From Patescibacteria group bacterium (lineage in GTDB: Bacteria; Patescibacteriota; Patescibacteriia; UBA11705; JABHMO01): a DNA stretch of 45,508 bases. The notes under the pieces were generated by a model, which saw only the letters and a program-made list of their open reading frames with translations, searched no databases and was not told the origin of the DNA. Numbering within the stretch: position 1 is the stretch's first letter; each line of letters starts with the position of its first letter. The DNA lies in the NCBI GenBank assembly GCA_018818405.1, contig JAHIRY010000040.1:1-45508 (forward strand). Reading direction: 5' to 3'. Below are positions 19,933 through 29,968 of the stretch, in pieces. The translations under genes were made by a program, and so were the position numbers.

Positions 19933-20286
19933 TTAAGGCGTTTGTTCAGCCGCTTGAAGCATTTCGGCTTTTAATTTCACCACTTCTTCTTTTACAATGT
20001 CCTCCAAATTCGGAACTTTTTCTCCGATAAACGCTAAAACCGCCTGCGGATTTTGTTCCATTTCCGCCATTTGTTTTTGATCCTCATCGGCCATTACTTC
20101 CATAATGCGAAGCATTACTCTTTTTTGAACCAGCTCATTCATTTGTTCGAGCATGGCTGATTTTTCGTCGTCGGGCAATGACTGCAGTCCGAGCAAACCG
20201 ATGATATTCGCCCTCAATAAATCGGTTAAAACTTGATTTGGCATAACTTTTTTATTATTATTTATATTTAATTTAGTTGAAATCAT
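19933..20286 (-). CDS. DUF5663-like protein
   Basis: NIIGLLGLQSLPDDEK...LVQKRVMLRI pattern typical of this CPR family; probable start 20244. Confidence 0.65.
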   Translation of the reverse strand: MISTKLNINNNKKVMPNQVLTDLLRANIIGLLGLQSLPDDEKSAMLEQMNELVQKRVMLRIMEVMADEDQKQMAEMEQNPQAVLAFIGEKVPNLEDIVKEEVVKLKAEMLQAAEQTP

Positions 20287-20375
20287 TTTATCTTATTTTA
20301 ACAATATCGCCAAACGCAGTTGATTTTTTATCGATTTTAAGCTATAAATTACTTGATAACCAATAAGCTAAATTT

Positions 20376-21728
20376 ATGAATATTCGAACTCGACGCATTA
20401 TCGCGCTGATATTTATCGGCATTTTCTTTGTCAGCGCGCCGATTCTCATTCTATATACAGCCGGATTCCGCTATGACATCAAGAAAGGAGGGCTGGAAAA
20501 AACCGGCGCTCTTGTCATTGAGACTACTCCGAGAGGAGCGACCGTCACACTGAACGGCCAGCCGGAAAATACGAAAACGCCGGTTCGGCTGAACAATGTT
20601 CTGCCCGATGATTACGAAATCTCAGTGGAAAAAGACGGCTACTATTCCTGGTCGAAAAAATTATCTGTCCTCAGCCGGGAAACCACTTTTGCCGAAGACA
20701 TTGTTTTGTTCGCAAAAAACGACGCCGAGAAATTGGTTGAAAATAAAATCGAGCGGCTGGACTTTTCTCCTCAAAAAAAATTCGCGGTTTATTCGACCGC
20801 TTCCGGTGAAGGATACGAACTCTTTCTCCTGGATCTGGGAAATCAAAAAACGAAAAGCTTGCTCTCCGGCGAACAACCATTTAAAAATCCAACCTCCATC
20901 TGGGCGAATGACGCGACAAAATTCCTTTTCCTGTCAAAAGAAAACGCAATCGTTTTTTCCACGACTTTTTTCAAGCAATCGAGCGATCTTTTTCCGTATA
21001 TTATTGAAAATGATTTGACTGATTTCAAATGGGACATCGGCAATGATGAAATACTTTTCGCGAGGAGCGGAAATTCGGTTTACAAAATAAACGCGGCGCT
21101 GAACCGGCTGGAAAAACCGGAACTTATTTTTCAAATGGATGACACGAAAAAACTTTTTGATTTTTTCATTTTTGAAAATGAAATATACACGATCGAACGG
21201 ATTCAAACAAAAAACATTTTGACCAAGTATCCGCTGAAGAACGGCGCGGCCAACAAAATAAGCAAGAGCATTGAGCTGAAAAATGAAAATTACAAATTTG
21301 ATTCCGTTTATCGCAATTTATTGGCGGTGAAAAACAATGAAAACAATTATTACTTCGTAAACCTCGAACTGGATAATATTGTTTTGTTCAAAAACAATAT
21401 ACAAAAGATGGAACTTTTCAACAATGAATTACTATTGATTCAGACGGATCAAGAATTATCTTTTCTCAATCTTGCGAACGGAGACATCAGCGAAAAAACA
21501 ATCGCCCGATACAGCCAAGGACTGCAAAATTCCGCTTGGCACAAATCAGCCAATTATGTTTTCGCGCTCCAAGAAAACAAGATCAGCATAATTGAAATGG
21601 ATGACAGAAACGGACACTTTGCCATCGAGATCCCGCTTTCCGCGATTTCAGACTTTGCGGTTGACGCGAAATGCAAAACCATTTTTTATCTTCAGAACAA
21701 TTATCTCTGGAAATTGGCGATTCAATAA
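20376..21728 (+). CDS. PEGA domain protein
   Basis: N-terminal TM, TGALVIETTPRGATVTLNG...PDDYEISVEKDGYYSWSKK, beta-rich C-terminus. Confidence 0.85.
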   Translation: MNIRTRRIIALIFIGIFFVSAPILILYTAGFRYDIKKGGLEKTGALVIETTPRGATVTLNGQPENTKTPVRLNNVLPDDYEISVEKDGYYSWSKKLSVLSRETTFAEDIVLFAKNDAEKLVENKIERLDFSPQKKFAVYSTASGEGYELFLLDLGNQKTKSLLSGEQPFKNPTSIWANDATKFLFLSKENAIVFSTTFFKQSSDLFPYIIENDLTDFKWDIGNDEILFARSGNSVYKINAALNRLEKPELIFQMDDTKKLFDFFIFENEIYTIERIQTKNILTKYPLKNGAANKISKSIELKNENYKFDSVYRNLLAVKNNENNYYFVNLELDNIVLFKNNIQKMELFNNELLLIQTDQELSFLNLANGDISEKTIARYSQGLQNSAWHKSANYVFALQENKISIIEMDDRNGHFAIEIPLSAISDFAVDAKCKTIFYLQNNYLWKLAIQ

Positions 21729-21738
21729 TTTTATCCGC

Positions 21739-21770
21739 AAAAAAAGCTCCGCCTGGGCGGAGCTTTTTTT
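21739..21770. terminator. Bidirectional terminator
   Basis: AAAAAAAGCTCCGCC-TG-GGCGGAGCTTTTTTT, perfect 15-bp inverted repeat between convergent genes. Confidence 0.9.
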
Positions 21771-21779
21771 ATATGGAAA

Positions 21780-22664
21780 TTATTTGCTTAATTTGATGTA
21801 AACGCCGGTGGCGAAACTCTGCAAGTAAGTATTGCTGGAACCGCGAATGGCCAAGACCGCGACGAACGCGACGATCGCCGCCAAAATGCCGATGATAATC
21901 ACGCCGACTTTTCCGACGATCAATAACGAAACCATGCCGGACAAAACAAACGGCAACATGAGAATAACCAAGGCGAGAATCGTAGCGAAACCGATTGCCA
22001 GCCAAAGTCCGACGTGAATTAATTTTGAAACAAAAGTGATGACAAAATTATTTACCAACAATTTCATTCCCGATTTGATCGCTTTCCAAAATTTATAATT
22101 TTCCAGAACAATGAAACAATAGCTGAAATGCTTGAAAAGACCGACAAACAAATTGTAGATTACCAATAATACGGCCGCGATAATTAAAATTGCCAGGAAT
22201 ACCGCATTGCCGGAATTGCTCATGTACAAATAAAGCGGAGCCGCGATTACCGCGACATTTACCAAAAGCAGAACCAATTCCAAGAGAATCAGCTGAGGCA
22301 ATTTTTTCAAACCCACTTTTACCAACTGCCAAAACTTGTATCCGCCGCCCTCGAACAAAAGACCGATTCCCATAATCAATCCGGCGCGTGCGATCAAGCT
22401 GATTAACACGAATAATAATGACAATAACAGAATAATTGCCACCATTGCAATCCAGAACGAACCTTCTTGGTTCATTGATGCGGACAAACTATTTGCCAAT
22501 GATCCATTGGAAAAATCAGCCATCATTTGCTGGAAATCGGAAATATCATACTGCAGCATCAGACTTCCGCCGCAAGCGAGCAGTCCCAGCCACCAGAGAG
22601 AAACATTTCTAATTGTCAATTTCCACGCTTTTTTTAACAAATCGCCGAAGGGAAAATTCTTCAT
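21780..22664 (-). CDS. Multi-pass membrane protein
   Basis: LLKKAWKLT...LWWLG start, about 6 hydrophobic helices. Confidence 0.8.
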   Translation of the reverse strand: MKNFPFGDLLKKAWKLTIRNVSLWWLGLLACGGSLMLQYDISDFQQMMADFSNGSLANSLSASMNQEGSFWIAMVAIILLLSLLFVLISLIARAGLIMGIGLLFEGGGYKFWQLVKVGLKKLPQLILLELVLLLVNVAVIAAPLYLYMSNSGNAVFLAILIIAAVLLVIYNLFVGLFKHFSYCFIVLENYKFWKAIKSGMKLLVNNFVITFVSKLIHVGLWLAIGFATILALVILMLPFVLSGMVSLLIVGKVGVIIIGILAAIVAFVAVLAIRGSSNTYLQSFATGVYIKLSK

Positions 22665-22786
22665 ATTGATTTTTTACGCGAACGCAAATGATTTTCGCAG
22701 TTTGAAATCCGCGCGTTTTTATTTTTGAATTAATCGCGCATTGTCTCAATTTTCAAAAGACAAATAACGGATCAATCAACTTTAAA

Positions 22787-24445
22787 TTATTGATTTAAAT
22801 TTTCAGGACAAGCTCCCATGCTTTTTTGATACAGCTGAGTGGCTCGCAAATTTGACGCGCGCAGGAGCGAGTCGCAGGTGCCGGCGTCAATCCATCTTCC
22901 TTTTATCATTTTAACATCTAATTCGTTTATCGCCAAATAAGCTTTGTGAATTTCAGTAATATCCGTCTCCGGCCGCCAAGTCGGTTTTATTCCTTTTGCA
23001 ATATGGCAAACACGCGAATCGTAGATATAAGCTCCGGGAATGGCAAAATCGCTTTTCGGATTTTTCGGTTTTTCTTCGATTGACAGCACTTTTTTATTTT
23101 CATCGAATTCCACCACTCCGAATCGCTCGGGATCAGGAACTTTAACGGCAAAAATTCTTCCGCCACCTTTGAAACTTTGGACATCTTCCGTAAAATCATG
23201 ATCAAAAAATAAATTGTCGCCGAGAATCATCGTCACATTGTCATCTCCGATAAATCTCTCGCCGATGAGATAAGCTTCGGGCAATCCGCGCGGCTCGTCC
23301 TGAATTTCATAAGTGATGCGCACGCCGAATTCTTTGCCCGAGCCGAGCAAATTCAAATAATGTCCGGCGTATTCCGGAGAAACTATCATCAAAATGTCTT
23401 TTATTCCGGCATTGATCAATGTTTCCAGCGGAAACATCACCATCGGCTTGTCATAAATCGGCAAAAGCTGTTTGCTGGTAATCTTTGTCAGCGGATACAA
23501 GCGAGTTCCCTTTCCTCCTGACAAAATGATTCCTTTCATATTTCTCGTTTCATTGATTTCCACTGACTGAACTTTTTTTTCTTCCGATTTTTCTTCGGGT
23601 TTCATTTCTCCGATATCCAGCAAAAACTCGCCAAGCGCATCCTGCCAACTTCTCTGCGGAGGCAGTTTTGTGTTTTTCAAAATGGAAAAATCCGGTCTTC
23701 GCGCCGGCCGGGGAAATTTGTCGCTCGGCACAGCATTCATTTTTACTTCTTTTTTCAATTGGCGGAAAATTTCTTCGGCAAATTCATACCAACTGCAAGA
23801 ACCGCTGTTCGTCACATGATAAATTCCGTAAGCGTATTCATTTTCAACAATCTTCTTTGTCAGGAGCGCCAAATCCGGCGCATATGTCGGACTGGCGACT
23901 TCTTCATTCACCACTTCCAGCAAATCTCTTTCGCGCGACGCCTGAATTATTTTTTCAACAAAACTTTTTTTCGCTCCCGGCTGAGAAGACGCGCGGCCGA
24001 ACAATCGCGAAGTTCGGAGCAAATAACATTTTTCACAGAAATACATGGCTTTTTCAGCGATCAATTTCGATTCTCCGTAATTCGATATCGGCGCGGCAAA
24101 ATCGGTTTCCAGATAACCGTCTTTCTTGCTTCCGTCGAAAATATAATCAGTGCCGTACTGAACGAAAATCGCGCCGATTTCCTGCGCGGCCTTGGCAACA
24201 TTCAACGGACCTTCTCCGTTTATTTTGTTCGCCAATTCGAAATTTTCTTCACAGCCGTCAACATCATTATACGCGGCCGCGTTTATTATCAAATCAGGAT
24301 GCAATTCACTGATTTTTCTTTTCACTGTTTCAAAATCGGAAATATCCATTTCATTTCTGCCCCAAAGATACAATTTTTCTTCTGCGAACGCTCGAGCCAA
24401 TTCCTGCCCCAGCATTCCGCGCGCGCCGAGAATTAAAACTTTCAT
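22787..24445 (-). CDS. rmlD-rmlA: Fused dTDP-4-dehydrorhamnose reductase (RmlD) and glucose-1-phosphate thymidylyltransferase (RmlA)
   Basis: N-half GARGMLG, NAAAYNDVD, YGESK, PARRP; C-half GIILSGGKGTRLYPLTK..SKQLLPIYDKPM, LGDN, EEKP; one uninterrupted frame. Confidence 0.93.
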   Translation of the reverse strand: MKVLILGARGMLGQELARAFAEEKLYLWGRNEMDISDFETVKRKISELHPDLIINAAAYNDVDGCEENFELANKINGEGPLNVAKAAQEIGAIFVQYGTDYIFDGSKKDGYLETDFAAPISNYGESKLIAEKAMYFCEKCYLLRTSRLFGRASSQPGAKKSFVEKIIQASRERDLLEVVNEEVASPTYAPDLALLTKKIVENEYAYGIYHVTNSGSCSWYEFAEEIFRQLKKEVKMNAVPSDKFPRPARRPDFSILKNTKLPPQRSWQDALGEFLLDIGEMKPEEKSEEKKVQSVEINETRNMKGIILSGGKGTRLYPLTKITSKQLLPIYDKPMVMFPLETLINAGIKDILMIVSPEYAGHYLNLLGSGKEFGVRITYEIQDEPRGLPEAYLIGERFIGDDNVTMILGDNLFFDHDFTEDVQSFKGGGRIFAVKVPDPERFGVVEFDENKKVLSIEEKPKNPKSDFAIPGAYIYDSRVCHIAKGIKPTWRPETDITEIHKAYLAINELDVKMIKGRWIDAGTCDSLLRASNLRATQLYQKSMGACPENLNQ

Positions 24446-24472
24446 AAAATTTAAATTTATTTATTACATGCA

Positions 24473-25486
24473 TTATCTCTTTTTGTACCAAAGATCATAA
24501 TAATCTTTGTAATCGCCGGATTTTATTCTGCGCCACCATTCCTGATTGTTCATGTACCAATCGATCATGCTTCTGATGCCGGAATCAAAATCGATTTGCG
24601 GACGCCAGCCGAGTTCAGCCTGAATTTTATAAGGTTTTATCGCATAGCGGCGGTCATGGCCCGGCCGGTCTTTCACGTATTCTATCATTTCATCGCCAAA
24701 TCCCATGCAACTTAAAATCATTTTCGTCAATTCTATATTTGATTTTTCACAGCGCGCGCCGACAACATAGGTTTCACCGATTTTCCCGCGATGAATCACC
24801 GCGTCAACGGCAGAACAATGATCATCGACATGAATCCAATCGCGCACATTTTTTCCGTCGCCGTAGAGCGGAACTTTTTCTCCTTGCAACAAATTCGTGA
24901 TAAACAAGGGAATCATTTTTTCCGGAAACATGTATTGACCGTAATTGTTCGAACAATTGGAAATCGTAATCGGCAAACCGTAAGTGTGGAAATAAGCGCG
25001 GACCAGATGGTCGGAAGCGGCTTTTGACGCTGAATACGGACTCCTGGGTTCGTACGGAGTTTCCTCGATAAACGCTTTGTCCGAATCTTCCAGAGGAAGA
25101 GAACCGAAAACTTCATCAGTGGAAATATGATGAAATCGCTTGTTTCCCAGCTTTCTCGCGGTTTCCAGCAAAACCTGAGTTCCCAGCACATTTGTCCTGA
25201 TAAAATCATCCGCGCCGAGCACAGAGCGATCGACATGGGATTCGGCCGCGAAATGAACGATAATGTCACAGTCAGCCGCAATATGCTCGAGCAATTCGGA
25301 ATTTAAAATATCACCTCTGACAAATTTATAATTCGGGTGATATTCAAAATCTTTTAAATTTTCCAAATTGCCGGCATAAGTCAATTTATCAAGATTTATA
25401 ATCTGATAATCCGGATATTTGTTCAAAATATAACGAATGAAATTCGAGCCGATAAATCCGGCTCCGCCCGTGACAAGCAGTTTCAT
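24473..25486 (-). CDS. rmlB: dTDP-glucose 4,6-dehydratase
   Basis: TGGAGFIGSNF, HFAAESHVDRS, STDEVFG, YSASKA, DRPGHDRRY. Confidence 0.97.
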   Translation of the reverse strand: MKLLVTGGAGFIGSNFIRYILNKYPDYQIINLDKLTYAGNLENLKDFEYHPNYKFVRGDILNSELLEHIAADCDIIVHFAAESHVDRSVLGADDFIRTNVLGTQVLLETARKLGNKRFHHISTDEVFGSLPLEDSDKAFIEETPYEPRSPYSASKAASDHLVRAYFHTYGLPITISNCSNNYGQYMFPEKMIPLFITNLLQGEKVPLYGDGKNVRDWIHVDDHCSAVDAVIHRGKIGETYVVGARCEKSNIELTKMILSCMGFGDEMIEYVKDRPGHDRRYAIKPYKIQAELGWRPQIDFDSGIRSMIDWYMNNQEWWRRIKSGDYKDYYDLWYKKR

Positions 25487-25833
25487 AATATTTTTTTTAT
25501 TTTCTAACTCGCTGAAAAATATTTATTACGATAAAACTTCCGACAAAAAACCGCGAAATTTAACGAGGCTCTCGGCAGGCAACAAAAATCTTTATTCCCC
25601 GCCGTTATTGAAAATTTTTCTGAAATTCCTTATTTCATTTCTGACACCTTACTACTTTTCGGAAATTTGCGCAATGAAAATAATCACAAAAAATGCTCTT
25701 TGTAAAGTCGCATCCGGCTTACGCTAAAATGCTTGCTGAAAAAGTTTTGGCAATGCATTTTTTCGGCTGAAATTGCTTGACAATAGTCAAATTTTAATTT
25801 CTTTATTTTATTTCCCGCCAAGAGGAGGAGGAC

Positions 25834-26100
25834 ATGAAAAATAAACAGCCGGAAACAGAAGCGGAATATTATAACGAGATCAACGAACTTTCACAAAAAC
25901 TCGTTTTTTCCATCGCGGAGCAAAATGAATCCGCGACAAAAGAGTATCAGCGAAAACTTGAAACATTGTTCCCCGCCATTGCGGAAAAATTCGGGGTTGT
26001 CCTTTCCTTTTCTCCGGACAAAGAACAATCGGAATTGCCTCCGGGCGAAATTCATTATCGGCAATGGCTGAAAAAAATGGGAAATCGAAACAAGCAGTAA
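25834..26100 (+). CDS. Hypothetical small protein
   Basis: 88 aa with strong GGAGG SD, followed by terminator-like AAAAAGCTG...CAGCTTTTT. Confidence 0.65.
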   Translation: MKNKQPETEAEYYNEINELSQKLVFSIAEQNESATKEYQRKLETLFPAIAEKFGVVLSFSPDKEQSELPPGEIHYRQWLKKMGNRNKQ

Positions 26101-26225
26101 AATCAAAAAGCTGGCGGAAACATCCGACAGCTTTTTTATTGATTGAAAATTAACAGTCGAACTGTTTATTCTTTGCCATTATTATTTTCAATAAACGATT
26201 TCATTCTTATCCCGTTTCACTTTTG

Positions 26226-26630
26226 CTAAAACGCGGCTTTTATTTTTTCCGCCACTTGTTCGATTTCTCCTGGTTCATACGGTTTGCCGCCGAAAAGTTT
26301 GTGTCCGTCGCCCTCGCGCCGCGGAACAATGTGAAAATGCAAATGCGAAATAATCTGGCCGGCGGCCGCGCCGTTGTTCACGGAAAAATTGAACGCGTCA
26401 TAATTCAATCCGGACATAATGGCGCGGGAAATTTTCGGAACAATGGAAATCAACGAACGCAAAGTTTCGCCGCTCGCGTCCAACAAATTCTCGCAATGAA
26501 CCTTTGGCACAACCAGCGCGTGTCCCGGATTTGAAGGATTTATATCCAGAAAACAAATAATGGATTCATCTTCATAAATGATTTCCGCCGGGACTTCCCG
26601 ATTGATGATTTTGCAAAATAAACAATCCAT
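26226..26630 (-). CDS. HIT family hydrolase
   Basis: CLFCKII, GHALVVPK, HLHFH triad. Confidence 0.95.
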   Translation of the reverse strand: MDCLFCKIINREVPAEIIYEDESIICFLDINPSNPGHALVVPKVHCENLLDASGETLRSLISIVPKISRAIMSGLNYDAFNFSVNNGAAAGQIISHLHFHIVPRREGDGHKLFGGKPYEPGEIEQVAEKIKAAF

Positions 26631-26658
26631 AAAAATATTTTAAAAAAATAAACGTGTA

Positions 26659-27243
26659 TTAAATTCCTTTTTTCAGGAGACTGATCAGAGCGAAAAATAC
26701 GCTGATGTAAAAAAATATTTGCGCCAAGGAAATCAAAACCGGCATAGCGGCAAAAAGTCCGATCATGAGAAATGAGGCGCCGAAACATTGCAGATTCATT
26801 TTTATTTTTCCGTAATTGTTCGCCTGAATGCCGATCGGATTGGCTGACACCTTGTTCACAACGCCGGCAAGAATAAAAGTTGTTTCAATAACCAAAACCA
26901 AAACAGCCAAAACCAAATTTATTTTCAAAAGCAAAATGGCGACAACCGAGCCGACCAGCAATTTGTCAGCCACCGGATCCCACACCTTGCCCCATTCGGT
27001 AATCTGATTTCTCAGCCGCGCGAGAGCGCCGTCGAGAAAATCGGTGATTGCCAGCAAAATAAAAATCACAAACGAAATCCGATATTCGCCGGCCACCAAA
27101 TAAACGATCAAAGCGGGAGTGAAAACCAAACGGATAAACGTCAAATGATTGGGCAATAATTTTTTCGGAATAATCGGCAAGAACGGTTTTACCAAACAAT
27201 CAAACGGCGCCAATTTTTCTCCATTCATTAATTTTTCGATCAT
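26659..27243 (-). CDS. CDP-alcohol phosphatidyltransferase (PgsA-like)
   Basis: PNHLTFIR, TDFLDGALAR...TEWGKVWDPVADK, GKIKMNLQ. Confidence 0.9.
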   Translation of the reverse strand: MIEKLMNGEKLAPFDCLVKPFLPIIPKKLLPNHLTFIRLVFTPALIVYLVAGEYRISFVIFILLAITDFLDGALARLRNQITEWGKVWDPVADKLLVGSVVAILLLKINLVLAVLVLVIETTFILAGVVNKVSANPIGIQANNYGKIKMNLQCFGASFLMIGLFAAMPVLISLAQIFFYISVFFALISLLKKGI

Positions 27244-27282
27244 TTGATTTTCAAAATTATGAAGACTTTAAAAATATTTTAT

Positions 27283-27738
27283 TTATCTGTTTTTTGTCGT
27301 CCAATCGAAATTTATCGAAGGATCGTCGAACGGAATTCTCTCTTCATCGGGATTGGCCGGATCATATGTTTTATTGGTGTGATAAAAAAGTCCGACAACT
27401 TCATTTCCCAAAACTCGGTAGCCGTGCGCCACTCCCGGCGGAATCGAAATCAGACAAGGATTATTTTCGCCGCTGAATATCACTTGAGTTTCTCCTCTTG
27501 TCGCCGAATCTTCGCGCTTGTCATACAATACCACTTGCGCGTTTCCGCGGCAGACGAACCAGACATCGAATTGTTTTTTGTGCCAATGAAAAGCTTTTAT
27601 CACTCCCGGAAAAGTTTCCGTATAACTCGTTTGTTTCACTTCGCAAAAAGTTTCTTCGCCGAATTTTATGATTTCAGCAAAAAAACCGCGATCATCATTG
27701 AATTTTTTCAGCTGTTTGATTTTCACTCCGTCAATCAT
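27283..27738 (-). CDS. rmlC: dTDP-4-dehydrorhamnose 3,5-epimerase (cupin)
   Basis: DDRGFF, GVIKAFHWH, IPPGVAHGY. Confidence 0.88.
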   Translation of the reverse strand: MIDGVKIKQLKKFNDDRGFFAEIIKFGEETFCEVKQTSYTETFPGVIKAFHWHKKQFDVWFVCRGNAQVVLYDKREDSATRGETQVIFSGENNPCLISIPPGVAHGYRVLGNEVVGLFYHTNKTYDPANPDEERIPFDDPSINFDWTTKNR

Positions 27739-27788
27739 AGGATTTCTTGTTAATGAATAATCGATTATTGAATTTTAATCAGCTTCAA

Positions 27789-29846
27789 TTATTTTACCGC
27801 GATATTAATTCCGGCGGTAAAACCGTTCGGCCAAGGGAAAATCTGGGAAATCATTGTGCCGTCAGTGTTAAACATTTTGACATGCGGTCCGCCGCCTTTT
27901 CCGGCGGCAGTAATAATGTCAATTTTTCCGTTTCCATCCCAATCTCGAGCCGCGACTTTTACGCCGCCCAGAAATTTTGAATTGTAAGCTTCGAAACCGA
28001 ATAACTTTTTTCCGTTGTAATCATAGCCGTTTACATAAGAACGAGAACCGGCGCCCGCACCTGCAAGTATATCTTTTTTTCCGTCATTGTTCAAATCAGA
28101 TATCGCAACATTCGCTCCTGATAAAACAGATGCGGAAAAAGCGATAAAACTGTTTTTCAAATTTCCTTTTTCATCGAAAATTTTAATTTTCGGCAAAAGG
28201 CCTGATTTCGGTCCGGCGACAATATCATCTTTTTTGTCGCCATCAACATCGCCGACCGCGATATTTATTCCATTTTTAAAATCTTTGTTAAAAGCGAGGA
28301 ATTCCCGTTCAAGCTGTCCGTTTTGATTGAAAATTTTTATTGTCGGATCAGACTTTGATTCGGGCGCGACAACAATTTCCACTTTGCCGTCAGAATCAAC
28401 ATCGCCGGCGGAAACATTTACTCCGCCTCGAAAATTAATGTCATAAGCGAGAAAACTGCTGATTATTTTTCCCTGAAAATCAATAACTCGGACAAACGGC
28501 TGATCGCCGGCAACCGCTCCGGAGACGATTTCGCTGACGCCGTCATTATTTACATCAGCCAATTGAAAATTCAATCCGTGAAATTTATCTCCGCTGAAAA
28601 CTTGCAATTCTTTGATCGTTTGGAATTGCGAATTCAAAATTTTAATTGTTCCCGTTCCGGAAGCGGCCTTTGAAACCAGCAATTCAGAGGTGGAAACTAT
28701 GGGCTCTGCCTCGGGAGAACTTTGTTCAGCCGGCAATGCGGGAACAGAGGTTGAAACTTTCACTTTGTCAATCGCTTTTTTGATATTCAAAAGTCCGCTT
28801 CCCGCTTTATTTTCATATTTCGGATCCTGCAAAAACATCAATCCGCTTTCATCGGTTATCAATTTGATAATTTGCGCGGGACTGAGCGTCGGATCAACCG
28901 ATTTCAAGAGCGCGGCTCCGCCGGAAACGAGCGCGGCGGCAAAAGAACTGCCATTCCAATTTTCTTCGATCAAATTTCTAAAATCCAAATAATTGGTATT
29001 TTGATAAACAGAACTGACGATCTCTTCTCCCGGCGCGCCGATGTCAATGCAATCGGCGCCGTAATTGGTGAAAGTTGAAATTTGATTTTTCTTGTTGGTG
29101 GAAACAACTCCCAAAATTCTATTGACAGAAGAATCGCGATCATAACAAACGGGATAAAGCGGGTTGGCGCTCATGTCAGCGCCGGCAAGATCCATGTTTT
29201 CCGAATTTCCCGCTGCAGCCACAATCAAAACGCCTTTGTCATACGCGTTGATAATGCTTTTCTTCAGAGTGTCGCTGTATTCAGAACCGGCAAAACTCAA
29301 ATTGATTATATTCGCGCCGTTTTTCACCGCATAATCAATGGCTGAACTGACAGCCGATGAATTTCCATTGCCAACGGAATTCAGCGCCAGCAATGGCATT
29401 ATTTTTACATTTGAAGCCACGCCTTTTATTCCAATGTTATTGTCGCTGATCGCGGCAATTATTCCGGCAACAAATGTGCCGTGATTGACAGATGTCTTGG
29501 AATATCCCAGCAAAATATCCGGCTCAGTATCAGCTGAATTGGAAACAAAATTCCAGCCATGAATATCATCAATATATCCATTGTTGTCATTGTCTTTTCT
29601 GTCTCCGGCGATTTCGCGGCTGTTCGTCCAGATATTTCCCTGCAATTCCGGATGATCCAGATCAACGCCGGTATCAATGACAGCCACAATAATATTGGGA
29701 GTTCCCCGCGTCGTCTGCCAGGATTCATCCGCTTTGATTGTCTTCAAATACCACTGTTTAATATAATAAGGATCATCGGCCGCCAAGGCCGTTGAAGTGA
29801 ATAGAAAACAAAAAAACACTAAAATTACAAAAATTTTAAATTTCAT
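27789..29846 (-). CDS. Secreted S8 serine peptidase with C-terminal FG-GAP-like repeats
   Basis: Signal peptide from MKFKIF; VAVIDTG, NHGTFVAG, VAAAGN, NGSSFAAA; repeats FxAY..F.GGV.V..GDVDxDG. Confidence 0.9.
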   Translation of the reverse strand: MKFKIFVILVFFCFLFTSTALAADDPYYIKQWYLKTIKADESWQTTRGTPNIIVAVIDTGVDLDHPELQGNIWTNSREIAGDRKDNDNNGYIDDIHGWNFVSNSADTEPDILLGYSKTSVNHGTFVAGIIAAISDNNIGIKGVASNVKIMPLLALNSVGNGNSSAVSSAIDYAVKNGANIINLSFAGSEYSDTLKKSIINAYDKGVLIVAAAGNSENMDLAGADMSANPLYPVCYDRDSSVNRILGVVSTNKKNQISTFTNYGADCIDIGAPGEEIVSSVYQNTNYLDFRNLIEENWNGSSFAAALVSGGAALLKSVDPTLSPAQIIKLITDESGLMFLQDPKYENKAGSGLLNIKKAIDKVKVSTSVPALPAEQSSPEAEPIVSTSELLVSKAASGTGTIKILNSQFQTIKELQVFSGDKFHGLNFQLADVNNDGVSEIVSGAVAGDQPFVRVIDFQGKIISSFLAYDINFRGGVNVSAGDVDSDGKVEIVVAPESKSDPTIKIFNQNGQLEREFLAFNKDFKNGINIAVGDVDGDKKDDIVAGPKSGLLPKIKIFDEKGNLKNSFIAFSASVLSGANVAISDLNNDGKKDILAGAGAGSRSYVNGYDYNGKKLFGFEAYNSKFLGGVKVAARDWDGNGKIDIITAAGKGGGPHVKMFNTDGTMISQIFPWPNGFTAGINIAVK

Positions 29847-29968
29847 ACAAAAGATAATTTCATACAAAATAATTATAGCTGATTTTAATGAATTTGGGAA
29901 AATTCCAAGCTTGACAAACAACCTGTTATCTGTAATAATAAGTTGAAATCTCGGGCAAGGAGGCTAGG

